Virus record (IMG/VR): IMGVR_UViG_3300035041_000109
Location: 1 to 41,021 of that record
DNA: 41,021 nt
From: a virus
Taxonomy: Duplodnaviria; Caudoviricetes
Direction: 5' to 3' (one strand)
The notes beneath the pieces were generated by a model. It made no database searches, was not told the DNA's origin, and worked only from the letters and a program-made list of their open reading frames with translations. Below are positions 1 through 9,889 of the stretch, one piece after another. The translations under genes and the position numbers were made by a program. Positions within the stretch are counted from its first letter, which is position 1; every line of letters begins with the position of its first letter.

Positions 1-1
1 G

Positions 2-466
2 GTCAACCAGGTCATAGAGGCATTATTTACAGCTTATCCGATGCCTGAGACTTTAGCTTCGGCAGAACTGCGCGGAATGGAACAACTTCATATGATGTGA
101 CCTCTCTTTTGCATGCGGTAATGCATACGTTAGTTTTAATTATGACCACTGTAATGCCGAATCCGCGATATTGCAAACTCAGGGGTCACATTCATATTGT
201 TTATTTGGCCGGTGTGATTCTATCACGAAAAGGCGCGGCATATAGCCGAAACGGCACGGGTACTGGTAAGCAAGCATGCAGGTCAGGTCCTCCCGAACAT
301 GACTGAGCTCACAGAGCTGCCGGGTGTAGGCAGGAAGACAGCTTCAGTGGTTCTCGGGGCTGTCTTCGGCCAGCCGGTAGTAATTGTTGTCACTCATTTC
401 AGTCGGGTTGTCAGGCGACTTGCTTTGAAGATTCAAACTCGTGCTGAAAAGTTCGATAAGGGTTAA
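2..466 (+). pseudogene. nth: Endonuclease III (Nth) remnant, interrupted and truncated
   Basis: Frame 2 reads VNQVIEALFTAYPMPETLASAELRGMEQL (2-88), then after an insertion IWPV*FYHEKARHIAETARVLVSKHAGQVLPNMTELTELPGVGRKTASVVLGAVFGQPVVIVVTHFSRVVRRL. The HhH motif LPGVGRKTA is present. There is an in-frame TGA at 215-217, the catalytic VDTH is changed to VVTH, and it stops at 464-466 before the Fe-S cluster motif. Confidence 0.85.
89..202. mobile_element. 114-bp MITE/REP-like insertion with imperfect terminal inverted repeats
   Basis: ATATGATGTGACCTCTCTTTTGCA (90-113) pairs with TGCAAACTCAGGGGTCACATTCATAT (172-197). Removing 89-202 restores the colinear Nth frame (EQL|IWPV). Confidence 0.7.
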
Positions 467-473
467 CTAGAAG

Positions 474-670
474 GTCTACGCAAATTGTACGCAAAAAAGG
501 CCGAATTCACTTTCAAGAAAATCGGCCTAATTCTTTATATTTTCTATATTTACAAGAAATTAAAAAAAGTCAAACTAGGCGCCGACCGCCTGCGAACTTT
601 TTTTGTAACTCATTACTATATTGGTAAATAAAAACTCATTCTTGGTCTGATTGTACGCAAAACTGTACGG
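474..670. other. Putative phage attachment site (arm-type repeats flanking a GC-rich core)
   Basis: Exact 13-bp direct repeat ATTGTACGCAAAA at 484-496 and 650-662, each with a degenerate tandem copy. They flank an AT-rich region with a GC-rich core at 569-597, immediately upstream of the integrase. Confidence 0.6.
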
Positions 671-712
671 TCTAGTTCCCAAAACACTAAACATATGTTA
701 ACATATATTATT

Positions 713-1867
713 ATGAAAACCCCACAGAAATTGATGAACAAGATGCGGTTCATACACAGGAATGGAAGAGCGGTCCAGGTGGAATTTAAGTTCCAACCTG
801 GAGTCTGGCATAGCACGGGAACTCAAGATGAGTATGAAGCCGTAGAAGCAGCTGAGGAGCTCTACAATCGGCTAACTGGTATAACTGTCAATAAAATGCA
901 AACCTTGGAGGAATTTGCGAAAGGGTTTTATATTCCCGGCCGGCATGGAGTAAGAGAACGACTTGCCAAGAAAAATAAGGACTTCTCCATTGAGTGGTTT
1001 GAGCTACAGCAAGGGCGAATTGATAATTATATTATACCCAGATTTGGAAATATGCTCATTTCTGGGATTACAACTCGGATGATTGATGACTGGATTATTG
1101 ATCTCAAGAGTATTTCAAAAAACAAGCCATTAGGAAGTAGTACCAAGATAAAAATTTTATCTGCTTTCTCGGCGATTATGAATGAAGCAGTATCCCAAGA
1201 GCTTATTCCCAATAACCCAATCGATCGGATGATCCCCCTTACTGAGCGTAATAAACAAAGGGAACCATTTACAAGAGATGAGATAAAAATTCTATTTCCT
1301 ACCGATGCTTCAGAATTAATAAAAATCTGGAGGGATTTAGATTGGGCGGTGTTCTTCCTAGTTATGATAGAAACTGGTTTACGGCCAGGAGAAGTAGCCG
1401 CACTTCATTGGGAAGATTACTATCCCGAGTTGCAAGGCTTTGCAGTACACAGAGCTTTAAGAGGCCGGACTCGAGAAATAAAAGGTCTTAAAACAGATAG
1501 ATCTGGTAAGCGCATTAAAGCTGCATTTGTGAGTGATTTCTGTGCCAGTCTATTGAGGCAAATACGAAATGACAAAATGACTGGGATTGTGTTTTCGCTT
1601 AAGGGACGACCTTTCCAGATTGAAACAACGGGTAAGCATTTTAGAATCTGTGTGGATAAATCAAAAGTAGATCGGAAGGGAAGGACTCAATATAGCCTTA
1701 GGCACACTTTCAATACATTGGCGCTTATGAGTCTCCCTGAAGAATCTGTGAGGGATATGATGGGACATACTGGGTATAGAAGAGAGTATGATCACCGCAC
1801 AGGGCGAGATTTATTAGAAAAGCACAAAGATATCCGAGGTGTTATGTTCAATAGGATGTGGGGGTGA
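713..1867 (+). CDS. int: Tyrosine recombinase/phage integrase
   Basis: Motifs TGLRPGE, YSLRHTF, MMGH and a downstream Tyr (REY), with an N-terminal SAM-like core-binding region. Start is 695 or 713. Confidence 0.93.
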   Translation: MKTPQKLMNKMRFIHRNGRAVQVEFKFQPGVWHSTGTQDEYEAVEAAEELYNRLTGITVNKMQTLEEFAKGFYIPGRHGVRERLAKKNKDFSIEWFELQQGRIDNYIIPRFGNMLISGITTRMIDDWIIDLKSISKNKPLGSSTKIKILSAFSAIMNEAVSQELIPNNPIDRMIPLTERNKQREPFTRDEIKILFPTDASELIKIWRDLDWAVFFLVMIETGLRPGEVAALHWEDYYPELQGFAVHRALRGRTREIKGLKTDRSGKRIKAAFVSDFCASLLRQIRNDKMTGIVFSLKGRPFQIETTGKHFRICVDKSKVDRKGRTQYSLRHTFNTLALMSLPEESVRDMMGHTGYRREYDHRTGRDLLEKHKDIRGVMFNRMWG

Positions 1868-2081
1868 AATGAAAAATATTTTATATAATTCAGAAATAAT
1901 ATGAATTCGCTATTAAGATATAAGGAACCAGGCGACATCTTCCTTGCTAATCATGTTAGTTTTAGTTTACTATGACGACTAGTTAAAATAAATGGGTATT
2001 TGATTTTCCTTCAGTGATATTGAGAGATCAATTCTTGAGATAATTCAATTGATTGTTGGGAAGTGTAACAAGGAAACGGTT

Positions 2082-4838
2082 ATGGAATCAGCAAAAAAAA
2101 AGTTTCAGCACCTTTTAGGAGAGCTTTTCAAATTTGATAGTTCAGATTTAGACTTTGGTATTTACCGAATCATGAATTATAAACGAGATGTTATCGAAAA
2201 GTTTATCAAGGAAGAGTTACCAAAGACAATAGAAAGCGAACTGAGCAAGGGGCGTATTGCAAATCAATCATATACAGCTAAGGAATTTGATACAGCCAAA
2301 GAACAGATATTACAAAATTTTGGGGAAAAAGCTATTGATCCAGATGGGAACCTAGATGAAGCTTTTCTTGGTACGCCACTTGGAAAGACATACCTTGAAC
2401 TTCAAGCAGAAGCCGCTGGGAGTCAAGTACAAGAGGGCTATGAATCAATCATCTTTAACCATTTATATACGTTCTTTAGCCGATATTATCAAGATGGTGA
2501 CTATATATCTAAAAAGCGCTACTCAAAACGTCAGAAATATGCCATTCCATACAACGGAGAGGAGGTTTATCTCCATTGGGCCAATAATGATCAGTATTAT
2601 ATAAAAACCGGAGAGTACTTTCATGATTACACCTTCACTTCACATGGGATAAAGATCCACTTCAAGATGAAAGTGGCAGATGTCGAGCAAAACAATGTAC
2701 GGGGTAAAATACGATTCTTCATTCCTCGTGTGAAAGAGATTGAATGGCATGAAAACACTGCAGAACTGGTAATTCCATTTGAATACCGCCCACTTACCGA
2801 ATATGAGAATGTTACATATGGAACTAAAGGACAACAAGAGAAAATATTAGTAGAAGCTCTTGAAACAATACCCCAAAATATCAAGAAAGCTGATAAATCG
2901 ATAGTTGCCCTTACTGCCGAACGCCGAACAACCTCCGAGGGTAGATCAGTAAGCTTTCTTGAGCATCATCTTCGACAGTATACCCGTCGAAACACTTCTG
3001 ACTTCTTCATTCATAAGGACTTAAAAGGCTTCCTCAGTCGGGAGATTGATTTTTATCTGAAGAATGAGGTTCTGTACTTAGATGAGATGGTGGCAGTAGG
3101 AGAAAAAAATTCTGAAGGCTGGTTCCAAATCATGCGAGTTATCAAAATCGTGGGTGGTAGAATCATTGACTTTCTTGATCAGATCGAGTTCTTTCAGAAG
3201 AAGCTCTGGGAGAAACTTAAGTTTGTGACTGAAACTCAGTACTGCATTACAGTCGAGAGGATCGATGAGGCCTTTTATCCAGAGATAGCGGACTGTGAGG
3301 ATCAATGGAATGAGTGGAAAGACCTTTTCAAACTAAATGAAGAAAAGGGAGCTATGTGTTCTGGAAATCTAAATACAAAAGAGGGAAGAATTCAAATTCT
3401 CAAAAACAATCCAACACTAGTTGTTGATACGAAATATTACTCTCAACATTTCAGTGATAAGCTGTTGCATAATATTGAGAACTTAGATGACATAACTGGT
3501 GGGGTTCTATTTAATGGAGACAATTACCATGTGCTTTCGCTATTGGGCACAAAATATAACGAAGCTGTCAAGTGCATATATATTGATCCACCGTTTAATA
3601 CGGAAAATGACGGATTTTTATATAAGGATGGATATTTACACTCTAGCTGGCTCACAATGATGAAAGATCGTCTAGAGTTAGCAAAAAAGTTGCTATCTAA
3701 TGATGGCACTTTCTATGCGCATATTGACTACAATGAGAAGGAACGGCTCAAGTTGTTACTTGATACCCAGTTAGTCTATATTACTGAGATCATTTGGAGA
3801 ATAGGATGGGTGTCAGGTTACAAGTCTGCAGCAAAAAAATTCATAAGGAATCATGATACGATCTATCAGTATGGTAAAGCCAAATCTCCATTATTTTTAA
3901 AGACTTATATCCAATATCCTGAGGGGTATACTAGAAGGGATGGGGGTGAACCATCAGGAAATGGGTATCCTCTGGAAGATACATGGAACTGTAACGAACT
4001 TGATCAACTAAACTCCATACAAATTATGAGTTTTAGTAAAGAAAAAGTGGGAAATCAGGCATTGACTCAAAAGAATGAAAATCTAATAGCGAGGATGATT
4101 AAATCTTCTTCAAATGAAAAAGATTTAATACTTGATTATTTTTTAGGATCTGGGACGACCACAGCTGTTGCTCACAAATTGAATAGAAAATATATAGGAA
4201 TAGAAATGGGGCCTCAATTTGATACATATGTACTTCCAAGAATGAAGAAAGTTTTATTTGGGGAGCCTTATGGGATATCATCAGAAGTGTCTTGGAAAGG
4301 CGGGGGAGTTTTTAAGTATTCGAGAGTAGAATCCTATGAGGACACACTAAATAATATCCAATTTGACGAAGCAACGGGACAAGAGGTTTTGAAGTTCGAC
4401 GATTATATACTGAAATATATGCTCAAGTGGGAAACAAAAAAGAGCGAGACCTTACTGAATATCGAGAAGCTTGCAAATCCGTTTGACTATAGGCTGGGAA
4501 TGGTTGAAGGGGGAAAAACTTCTGAAAAAATGGTAGATATCCCTGAGACCTTCAACTACCTTCTTGGCCTACATGTAAGGACGCGAAAAGTTTATAACAA
4601 CAAAGACCAGAGATATCTGGTATTCCGTGGACAGATCGACCATCGAGAAGTAGCCGTAATATGGCGCAATATTGAGGACTGGACAAAAGAGGATCTTGAA
4701 AAGGATAAGAAGTTTGTTATAGAGCAGCAACTCACCGAAGGTGCTGACGAAGTATTTGTCAACGGTGACTCATTTATTCCCGAAGCAAAATCCTTGGACC
4801 CAATTTTCAAAGCTCGTATGTTCGCCGAGGTACAGTAA
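2082..4838 (+). CDS. mod: Type III restriction-modification methyltransferase (Mod)
   Basis: YIDPPFNT (motif IV) precedes DYFLGSGTT (motif I), i.e. beta-class order. Long N-terminus with DLDFGIYRIMN and DFFIHKDL. AAGGA precedes ATG 2082. Confidence 0.9.
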   Translation: MESAKKKFQHLLGELFKFDSSDLDFGIYRIMNYKRDVIEKFIKEELPKTIESELSKGRIANQSYTAKEFDTAKEQILQNFGEKAIDPDGNLDEAFLGTPLGKTYLELQAEAAGSQVQEGYESIIFNHLYTFFSRYYQDGDYISKKRYSKRQKYAIPYNGEEVYLHWANNDQYYIKTGEYFHDYTFTSHGIKIHFKMKVADVEQNNVRGKIRFFIPRVKEIEWHENTAELVIPFEYRPLTEYENVTYGTKGQQEKILVEALETIPQNIKKADKSIVALTAERRTTSEGRSVSFLEHHLRQYTRRNTSDFFIHKDLKGFLSREIDFYLKNEVLYLDEMVAVGEKNSEGWFQIMRVIKIVGGRIIDFLDQIEFFQKKLWEKLKFVTETQYCITVERIDEAFYPEIADCEDQWNEWKDLFKLNEEKGAMCSGNLNTKEGRIQILKNNPTLVVDTKYYSQHFSDKLLHNIENLDDITGGVLFNGDNYHVLSLLGTKYNEAVKCIYIDPPFNTENDGFLYKDGYLHSSWLTMMKDRLELAKKLLSNDGTFYAHIDYNEKERLKLLLDTQLVYITEIIWRIGWVSGYKSAAKKFIRNHDTIYQYGKAKSPLFLKTYIQYPEGYTRRDGGEPSGNGYPLEDTWNCNELDQLNSIQIMSFSKEKVGNQALTQKNENLIARMIKSSSNEKDLILDYFLGSGTTTAVAHKLNRKYIGIEMGPQFDTYVLPRMKKVLFGEPYGISSEVSWKGGGVFKYSRVESYEDTLNNIQFDEATGQEVLKFDDYILKYMLKWETKKSETLLNIEKLANPFDYRLGMVEGGKTSEKMVDIPETFNYLLGLHVRTRKVYNNKDQRYLVFRGQIDHREVAVIWRNIEDWTKEDLEKDKKFVIEQQLTEGADEVFVNGDSFIPEAKSLDPIFKARMFAEVQ

Positions 4839-4884
4839 TGCTGCTTATGTGTGATTTATCCTCTGACAGGTACATGGAATAATT

Positions 4885-7800
4885 ATGGCGAAGTTAAAAA
4901 ATAACAAATTAGAATATGTAAAGCTAGAAGAACGCCTCATACTACTTTCCTGGTTCAACCAACTATTTGGGTACAGCAGCAACAAAGAAATGCTTTCCGA
5001 TATCCAGGAAACAGGCGAAGGCTATGATTCGACAGGCCGCAGTTACATCTACCACCATTTGATTGCCCGAGGTGGAAAGATTCAACTATCGCCTGTAGCC
5101 CTCTCACGCTATGACGACAATATCCGTGAACATTTACGAGCCATGAATGCTCTGAGACCGGAACCCATAACGCTACGCTATTTCCAGTATCTGGCAGTGC
5201 TTTATACCGAAATATACCTTGACGCATATTTCAACAGACGCAATCAGCTTCTATTCCAACTTAACAGCTACGTTGCAGAACATAATCAGAAAAAACCTGC
5301 AGGTGTAGCTCATGATGAAAAGTTCAGTGAAACGGACTTGAGAAAACTTGCTTACTGGATGGCCACCGGAAGCGGCAAAACGTTGATAATGCACCTAAAC
5401 TATAGGCAGTTCCTGCATTATAACACTACAGTTCTTGATAATGTACTCCTCATTACTCCGAATGAGGGATTGAGTGAACAACACATCGAAGAGATGACTG
5501 CTTCAAATATCCCTTGTCGTAGATTCGACCTAAACGAAAGCGGACTCGATATGACCGATCCCAATACGGTGAGAGTTATAGAGATAACCAAATTGGTGGA
5601 GGACAAGAAGGGTGGTGGCCTCAGTGTACCTGTGGAGGCTTTTGAAGGGAACAATCTCATATTAGTCGACGAGGGCCACAAGGGCAGTTCAAGCACAAAG
5701 AATGAGAAAGGCTGGCGTTATCTTCGAAACATGCTTGATCAAACCGGATTTACCTTCGAATATAGTGCTACCTTTGGGCAGGCCCTCTCAGCTTCACGTA
5801 ACGACGAACTTACCGCAGAATACGGAAAAGCAATCCTTTTCGACTACTCCTATAAGTACTTCCACAGCGATGGTTTTGGCAAAGACTTTAGAATCCTCAA
5901 TCTTCAAGAAGAAACCACCGAAGACAAAACCGCAGTACTACTTTTGGGAAATCTGCTTTCATTCTACCAGCAAAAAAGGGTATTTGAAGACAGCGGAAAA
6001 GAGCTGCAACAATACAACATAGAAAAACCACTGTGGGTATTTGTCGGAAGTAGCGTGAACGCTGTCTATACCGAAAATAAGCAAAAAAGAAGTGATGTAC
6101 TCACCGTTGCCCGATTCCTTCACCATGTATTGGGAAACAAGAGGAATTGGGTTGAAAAGGCCATACGGACTTTACTGGAAGCGAGGACAGGTCTCAATGA
6201 TCCGACAACCGATCAAGATATCTTCACAGGTAAGTTCCCTTACCTACTTCAGTCTCAACTATCTGCGGAAGAAATCTACCAGGATCTTCTTAAGAAGGTC
6301 CTTCGTACGTATACCGGAGGAGGACTTCATATAAGCGATCTGCGAGGCCAAACAGGAGAACTAGCCCTTAAAGCAAGTGGTTCGGAGGAATACTTTGGGC
6401 TTATCTATATAGGGGATACCAGTAACTTTAAGAACCTCGTGGAAAGTGATGATTCCGGTATCATAGTGGAAGAAGACGCAATAGCAGAGTCTCTCTTCGA
6501 CAGAATAAATGAACCGGATACATCTGTAGAAATCCTCATTGGAGCAAAGAAGTTTATGGAGGGCTGGAACTCCTGGCGAGTCTCCAATATGGGCCTTCTT
6601 AACATTGGTAAGAAAGAGGGGTCTGAAATCATCCAGCTCTTCGGCAGGGGGGTACGATTGCAAGGGAAGCACCTCTCACTCAAACGAAGCAATGCTTTAG
6701 ATGGACAACACCCTGACTATATATCGGTACTGGAAACACTCAACATCTTCGCGGTAAAGGCAAACTATATGTCCAAGTTTCGAGAATACCTTGAAAAGGA
6801 AGGGATCGAAACCGAAGGGGATGTGGAACTTCCTTTACCGATCAAACCTAACTTTGATTTCCTTGACCAGGGTTTAGTAGTACCACGGGTACCTAAGAGT
6901 CGCAATTTTGCTAACGAAATGGACCTCCTCTTGCAAGTTGATCCTCGCATTCAAGTCAATGTGGACATGTCCCTGAAAGTACAAGCGATGGAGAGCAGTG
7001 CTACTGGTATTACAGCTACCGCAGTAAAAACAGGTGGTAATAAACCTATCCCACAGGAAAGTCTCAAGTATGTCGACTGGGAAAATATTTACCTTGAACT
7101 CCTCGATTATAAAGAACGAAAAGAGATGTTCAATCTTGCTATCAAGCCCAATACACCAAGGGAGATTATTAGTCAACCGGATTCATCACCCCTGTACAAT
7201 CTTATAGCCGATGATACCATTATAAAGCCCACATCGTTCAAGGACACAGCCCTATTGAACGAGGCTGTACTTAACATCCTGCAAAAATACATGGACACCT
7301 TCTACCGCAAGAAACAGGAAAAGTGGGATTCAGAGCACATGATCTACCAAGGATTAGAAGTCAAAGATGCTAACTTCCAGAACTACACCGTCAAAATTGC
7401 CAGAAGTGAAACCCAGCTAATTACTGATGTAGAAAAGCTCATCAAAAAAGCCGATGCAATCTACAAACAAGATCTCAATGACTTGCCTACGGTTCACTTT
7501 GATCGACACCTTTATCAACCACTGCTCATCGAGCAATCTAACAAATTACGCAGCGAACCTCCCGGACTTAAGGACAGTGAATTGAAGTTTGTAAAAGACC
7601 TACGTGAGTTCTTTCAACAAGAAAAGGATGCTTCCTTAGCTGGGAAAGAAATATACCTGCTTAGAAATCTCAGTCGAGGCAAAGGAGTCGGCTTCTTTGA
7701 AAAACGTGGGTTCTACCCAGATTTTATTCTTTGGGTCAAAGAAAACAATACCCAACGGATCGTTTTCGTCGAACCGCACGGAATGCTCTTTGCAGATGCC

Positions 7801-8043
7801 TACCAACATGATGAGAAAGCAATGCTGCATGAAATATTACCCACATTAGGAAAAGAAATGGCCAAGCGATCCGGCATTCAAGGTGTAACTCTGGATTCAT
7901 ACATAGTATCTGCGACCTCTTTTAACGACCTGAAAACAAAATATGAAGACGGAAGCTGGGACAGACAAAGGTTTACTGAGGTTCATATTTTATTCCCAGA
8001 GCGCACATCAGGGTATGATTATATTTATACACTTATCAATTGA
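4885..8043 (+). CDS. res: Type III restriction enzyme Res subunit (SF2 helicase plus PD-(D/E)xK-like nuclease)
   Basis: Walker A MATGSGKT, DEGH box, YSAT, QLFGRGVR and C-terminal FYPDFILW...VEPHG. Lies directly after mod. Confidence 0.9.
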   Translation: MAKLKNNKLEYVKLEERLILLSWFNQLFGYSSNKEMLSDIQETGEGYDSTGRSYIYHHLIARGGKIQLSPVALSRYDDNIREHLRAMNALRPEPITLRYFQYLAVLYTEIYLDAYFNRRNQLLFQLNSYVAEHNQKKPAGVAHDEKFSETDLRKLAYWMATGSGKTLIMHLNYRQFLHYNTTVLDNVLLITPNEGLSEQHIEEMTASNIPCRRFDLNESGLDMTDPNTVRVIEITKLVEDKKGGGLSVPVEAFEGNNLILVDEGHKGSSSTKNEKGWRYLRNMLDQTGFTFEYSATFGQALSASRNDELTAEYGKAILFDYSYKYFHSDGFGKDFRILNLQEETTEDKTAVLLLGNLLSFYQQKRVFEDSGKELQQYNIEKPLWVFVGSSVNAVYTENKQKRSDVLTVARFLHHVLGNKRNWVEKAIRTLLEARTGLNDPTTDQDIFTGKFPYLLQSQLSAEEIYQDLLKKVLRTYTGGGLHISDLRGQTGELALKASGSEEYFGLIYIGDTSNFKNLVESDDSGIIVEEDAIAESLFDRINEPDTSVEILIGAKKFMEGWNSWRVSNMGLLNIGKKEGSEIIQLFGRGVRLQGKHLSLKRSNALDGQHPDYISVLETLNIFAVKANYMSKFREYLEKEGIETEGDVELPLPIKPNFDFLDQGLVVPRVPKSRNFANEMDLLLQVDPRIQVNVDMSLKVQAMESSATGITATAVKTGGNKPIPQESLKYVDWENIYLELLDYKERKEMFNLAIKPNTPREIISQPDSSPLYNLIADDTIIKPTSFKDTALLNEAVLNILQKYMDTFYRKKQEKWDSEHMIYQGLEVKDANFQNYTVKIARSETQLITDVEKLIKKADAIYKQDLNDLPTVHFDRHLYQPLLIEQSNKLRSEPPGLKDSELKFVKDLREFFQQEKDASLAGKEIYLLRNLSRGKGVGFFEKRGFYPDFILWVKENNTQRIVFVEPHGMLFADAYQHDEKAMLHEILPTLGKEMAKRSGIQGVTLDSYIVSATSFNDLKTKYEDGSWDRQRFTEVHILFPERTSGYDYIYTLIN

Positions 8044-8750
8044 TCAGTTATTGGCATTGCATCCCAAGTTTTACCACACAATAATCTTCCGGCCTTTTTC
8101 TTATTTACACCACCCCATTGTTTGAAGAAAAAAGGAACCCCCTGGATATTACACTGATTTTTGATATTCAACACCCATTCTTCAAGCATTGGACGTGCTT
8201 TCGGCCCTGATTCTCCTCCAACTATGACCCAATCAATATTGGACAATGATACCGTTCCAATGGGACCGATAAGAGGTTCTATTGAAAGGAAACGTAACTT
8301 TGCCGGAACCTGTCGAAGGTCATCAATCCGATATTGTGCGTCTGAATTTTCAACACTTACACCAACCCATATATTGCTGGTCCAATTTAGTCTTGATGAG
8401 AGTCTTTTTAATCGTTCAGAACGTTTTGTAAGTATCTGGAATTGGTGCCAGTAGGCATTTTGCATTACATTGAACACTTTGAGGATAAAATCATCAGATA
8501 TTTCCTCGTGAAACAAATCACTCATCGAATTAACAAAAATAGACTGAGGCTTTTTCCAATTTAAGGGGTAGTTTAGTACATGTTCATGGGTAGTAACATT
8601 AAACCCATTACAGTAATTCTTGTTCCCCATTTTTTGCAGCCTTAAAGCCAATCGTTCCGCATAGCAGTTTTTACAGCCAGAACTTATTTTAGTGCATCCT
8701 GTAACCGGATTCCAGGTTGATTCTGTCCACTCTATCTTGCTTTTTGCCAT
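8025..8750 (-). CDS. DUF5131 / phage Gp37Gp68 family protein (radical-SAM-like, Cx6Cx2C)
   Basis: MAKSKIEWTESTWNPVTGCTKISSGCKNCYAE, FVNSMSDLFH, WVIVGGESG and FFFKQWGG are hallmark motifs. AGGAG precedes ATG 8750. Confidence 0.9.
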   Translation of the reverse strand: MAKSKIEWTESTWNPVTGCTKISSGCKNCYAERLALRLQKMGNKNYCNGFNVTTHEHVLNYPLNWKKPQSIFVNSMSDLFHEEISDDFILKVFNVMQNAYWHQFQILTKRSERLKRLSSRLNWTSNIWVGVSVENSDAQYRIDDLRQVPAKLRFLSIEPLIGPIGTVSLSNIDWVIVGGESGPKARPMLEEWVLNIKNQCNIQGVPFFFKQWGGVNKKKAGRLLCGKTWDAMPITDQLISV

Positions 8751-8758
8751 TTTTTCTC

Positions 8759-9889
8759 CTAGTCTGGAAACCAAACCATTATTGTATCACCGAAACTACC
8801 TTTACGAGGTGGTTTGCCCTTATCCGAGATTGCATCTATAATCTTGTCATCATACAAATCTCTTAAAACCTTTTTGTAATTCGCCTTAATGTATGGTGTA
8901 TCGACATTATGTTCTTCATATATTTCGCGCATTGTGAGTTTTCTTCCTTTATAAGTATTAAGCAACTCGTCTCTTAAGTCATCTAATGGTCTTGACAGTT
9001 GAAACAGAAGAGACTGTTTAGTCAAGGCATCTGCGGGGTTATATTCAAAAGAAGGGACTTCCTGTGTTCTAATACTGCTTTCATGAGCCATTATGTTTTT
9101 CATTATTTCGTAACCCTTAAAGTGCTTGCTTGCAAAGATGAGATGATGGCTTGTTCTGCCCCCTTTATCATTCCTGAATTTAAATGGTAGGACAAAATCT
9201 ATTCCATTATCCTTTAATGCTTGACAAAGTTCCTCTACGATAATCTGTTCTCTTTTATGAGGGGGCATATTTTGAAGCTTTTCACGCAAATATTTATATC
9301 TATTTTTACCGAATAATGCCTCCATGTGATTCTTTACGGCATCGTTACTTATTCCCATGTTTATTCTATTGTAATTGAAAAAGAATATTGAATCACTACC
9401 CCAGTCCTTCAAAACAGAGTTTACAAGCCTAAGCGATAGCCCCTTATACCCCCACGGGTCAACAAAAAATAAAGTGGGGATCATAGACATACTCTCAAAC
9501 ATTTTAACTATATCTTCTCCTACTTCATCATTCATAATTTGCGGGCTATACTTTAGCGAGCTTATGTTAGGAATACTCATTACAGCTTTCTCGAGGTCTT
9601 TCGTATTTCTTTCGTCTTTATCATTGAATATGGTGACCAGCCTCTCTCTTAACTCAGAATGCTGAATTGCTTTTGTCAATATTTCAACAGGAGTAGACTT
9701 TGCACCGTCTTTATACCTGCCAGGACCCGCAAACAGATCTATATATGCAAGTTTCTGATCATATCGTCGATGGCGTTTCTGTGTGCAAATAATTACTTGT
9801 GCCCATGCATCAAAATACTTTGCTACAATTTTAGACTTAACAAAGGATTGCTCTTTTTGTTCTTCAAAAAAATTATTTACTTTTGCCAT
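8759..9889 (-). CDS. tcmP: Three-Cys-motif partner protein (TcmP-like), SAM-dependent methyltransferase fold with C-terminal wHTH-like region
   Basis: YIDLFAGPG (SAM-binding motif I) and FFVDPWG (motif IV-like). Directly upstream of the DUF5131 gene, the canonical pairing. Confidence 0.8.
   Translation of the reverse strand: MAKVNNFFEEQKEQSFVKSKIVAKYFDAWAQVIICTQKRHRRYDQKLAYIDLFAGPGRYKDGAKSTPVEILTKAIQHSELRERLVTIFNDKDERNTKDLEKAVMSIPNISSLKYSPQIMNDEVGEDIVKMFESMSMIPTLFFVDPWGYKGLSLRLVNSVLKDWGSDSIFFFNYNRINMGISNDAVKNHMEALFGKNRYKYLREKLQNMPPHKREQIIVEELCQALKDNGIDFVLPFKFRNDKGGRTSHHLIFASKHFKGYEIMKNIMAHESSIRTQEVPSFEYNPADALTKQSLLFQLSRPLDDLRDELLNTYKGRKLTMREIYEEHNVDTPYIKANYKKVLRDLYDDKIIDAISDKGKPPRKGSFGDTIMVWFPD

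Noticed and set aside
97-306. 69-aa ORF from the track
   Set aside because: It spans the insertion and lies out of frame with the recognisable Nth remnant, so it is probably spurious.
569-597. tRNA or tmRNA 3' end as att core
   Set aside because: No GTTCRANYC T-arm followed by an acceptor stem and CCA on either strand.
2093-2101. A9 tract near the mod start as a phase-variation switch
   Set aside because: It is short, encodes Lys codons in an AT-rich gene and the frame is intact; there is no evidence of variation without reads.
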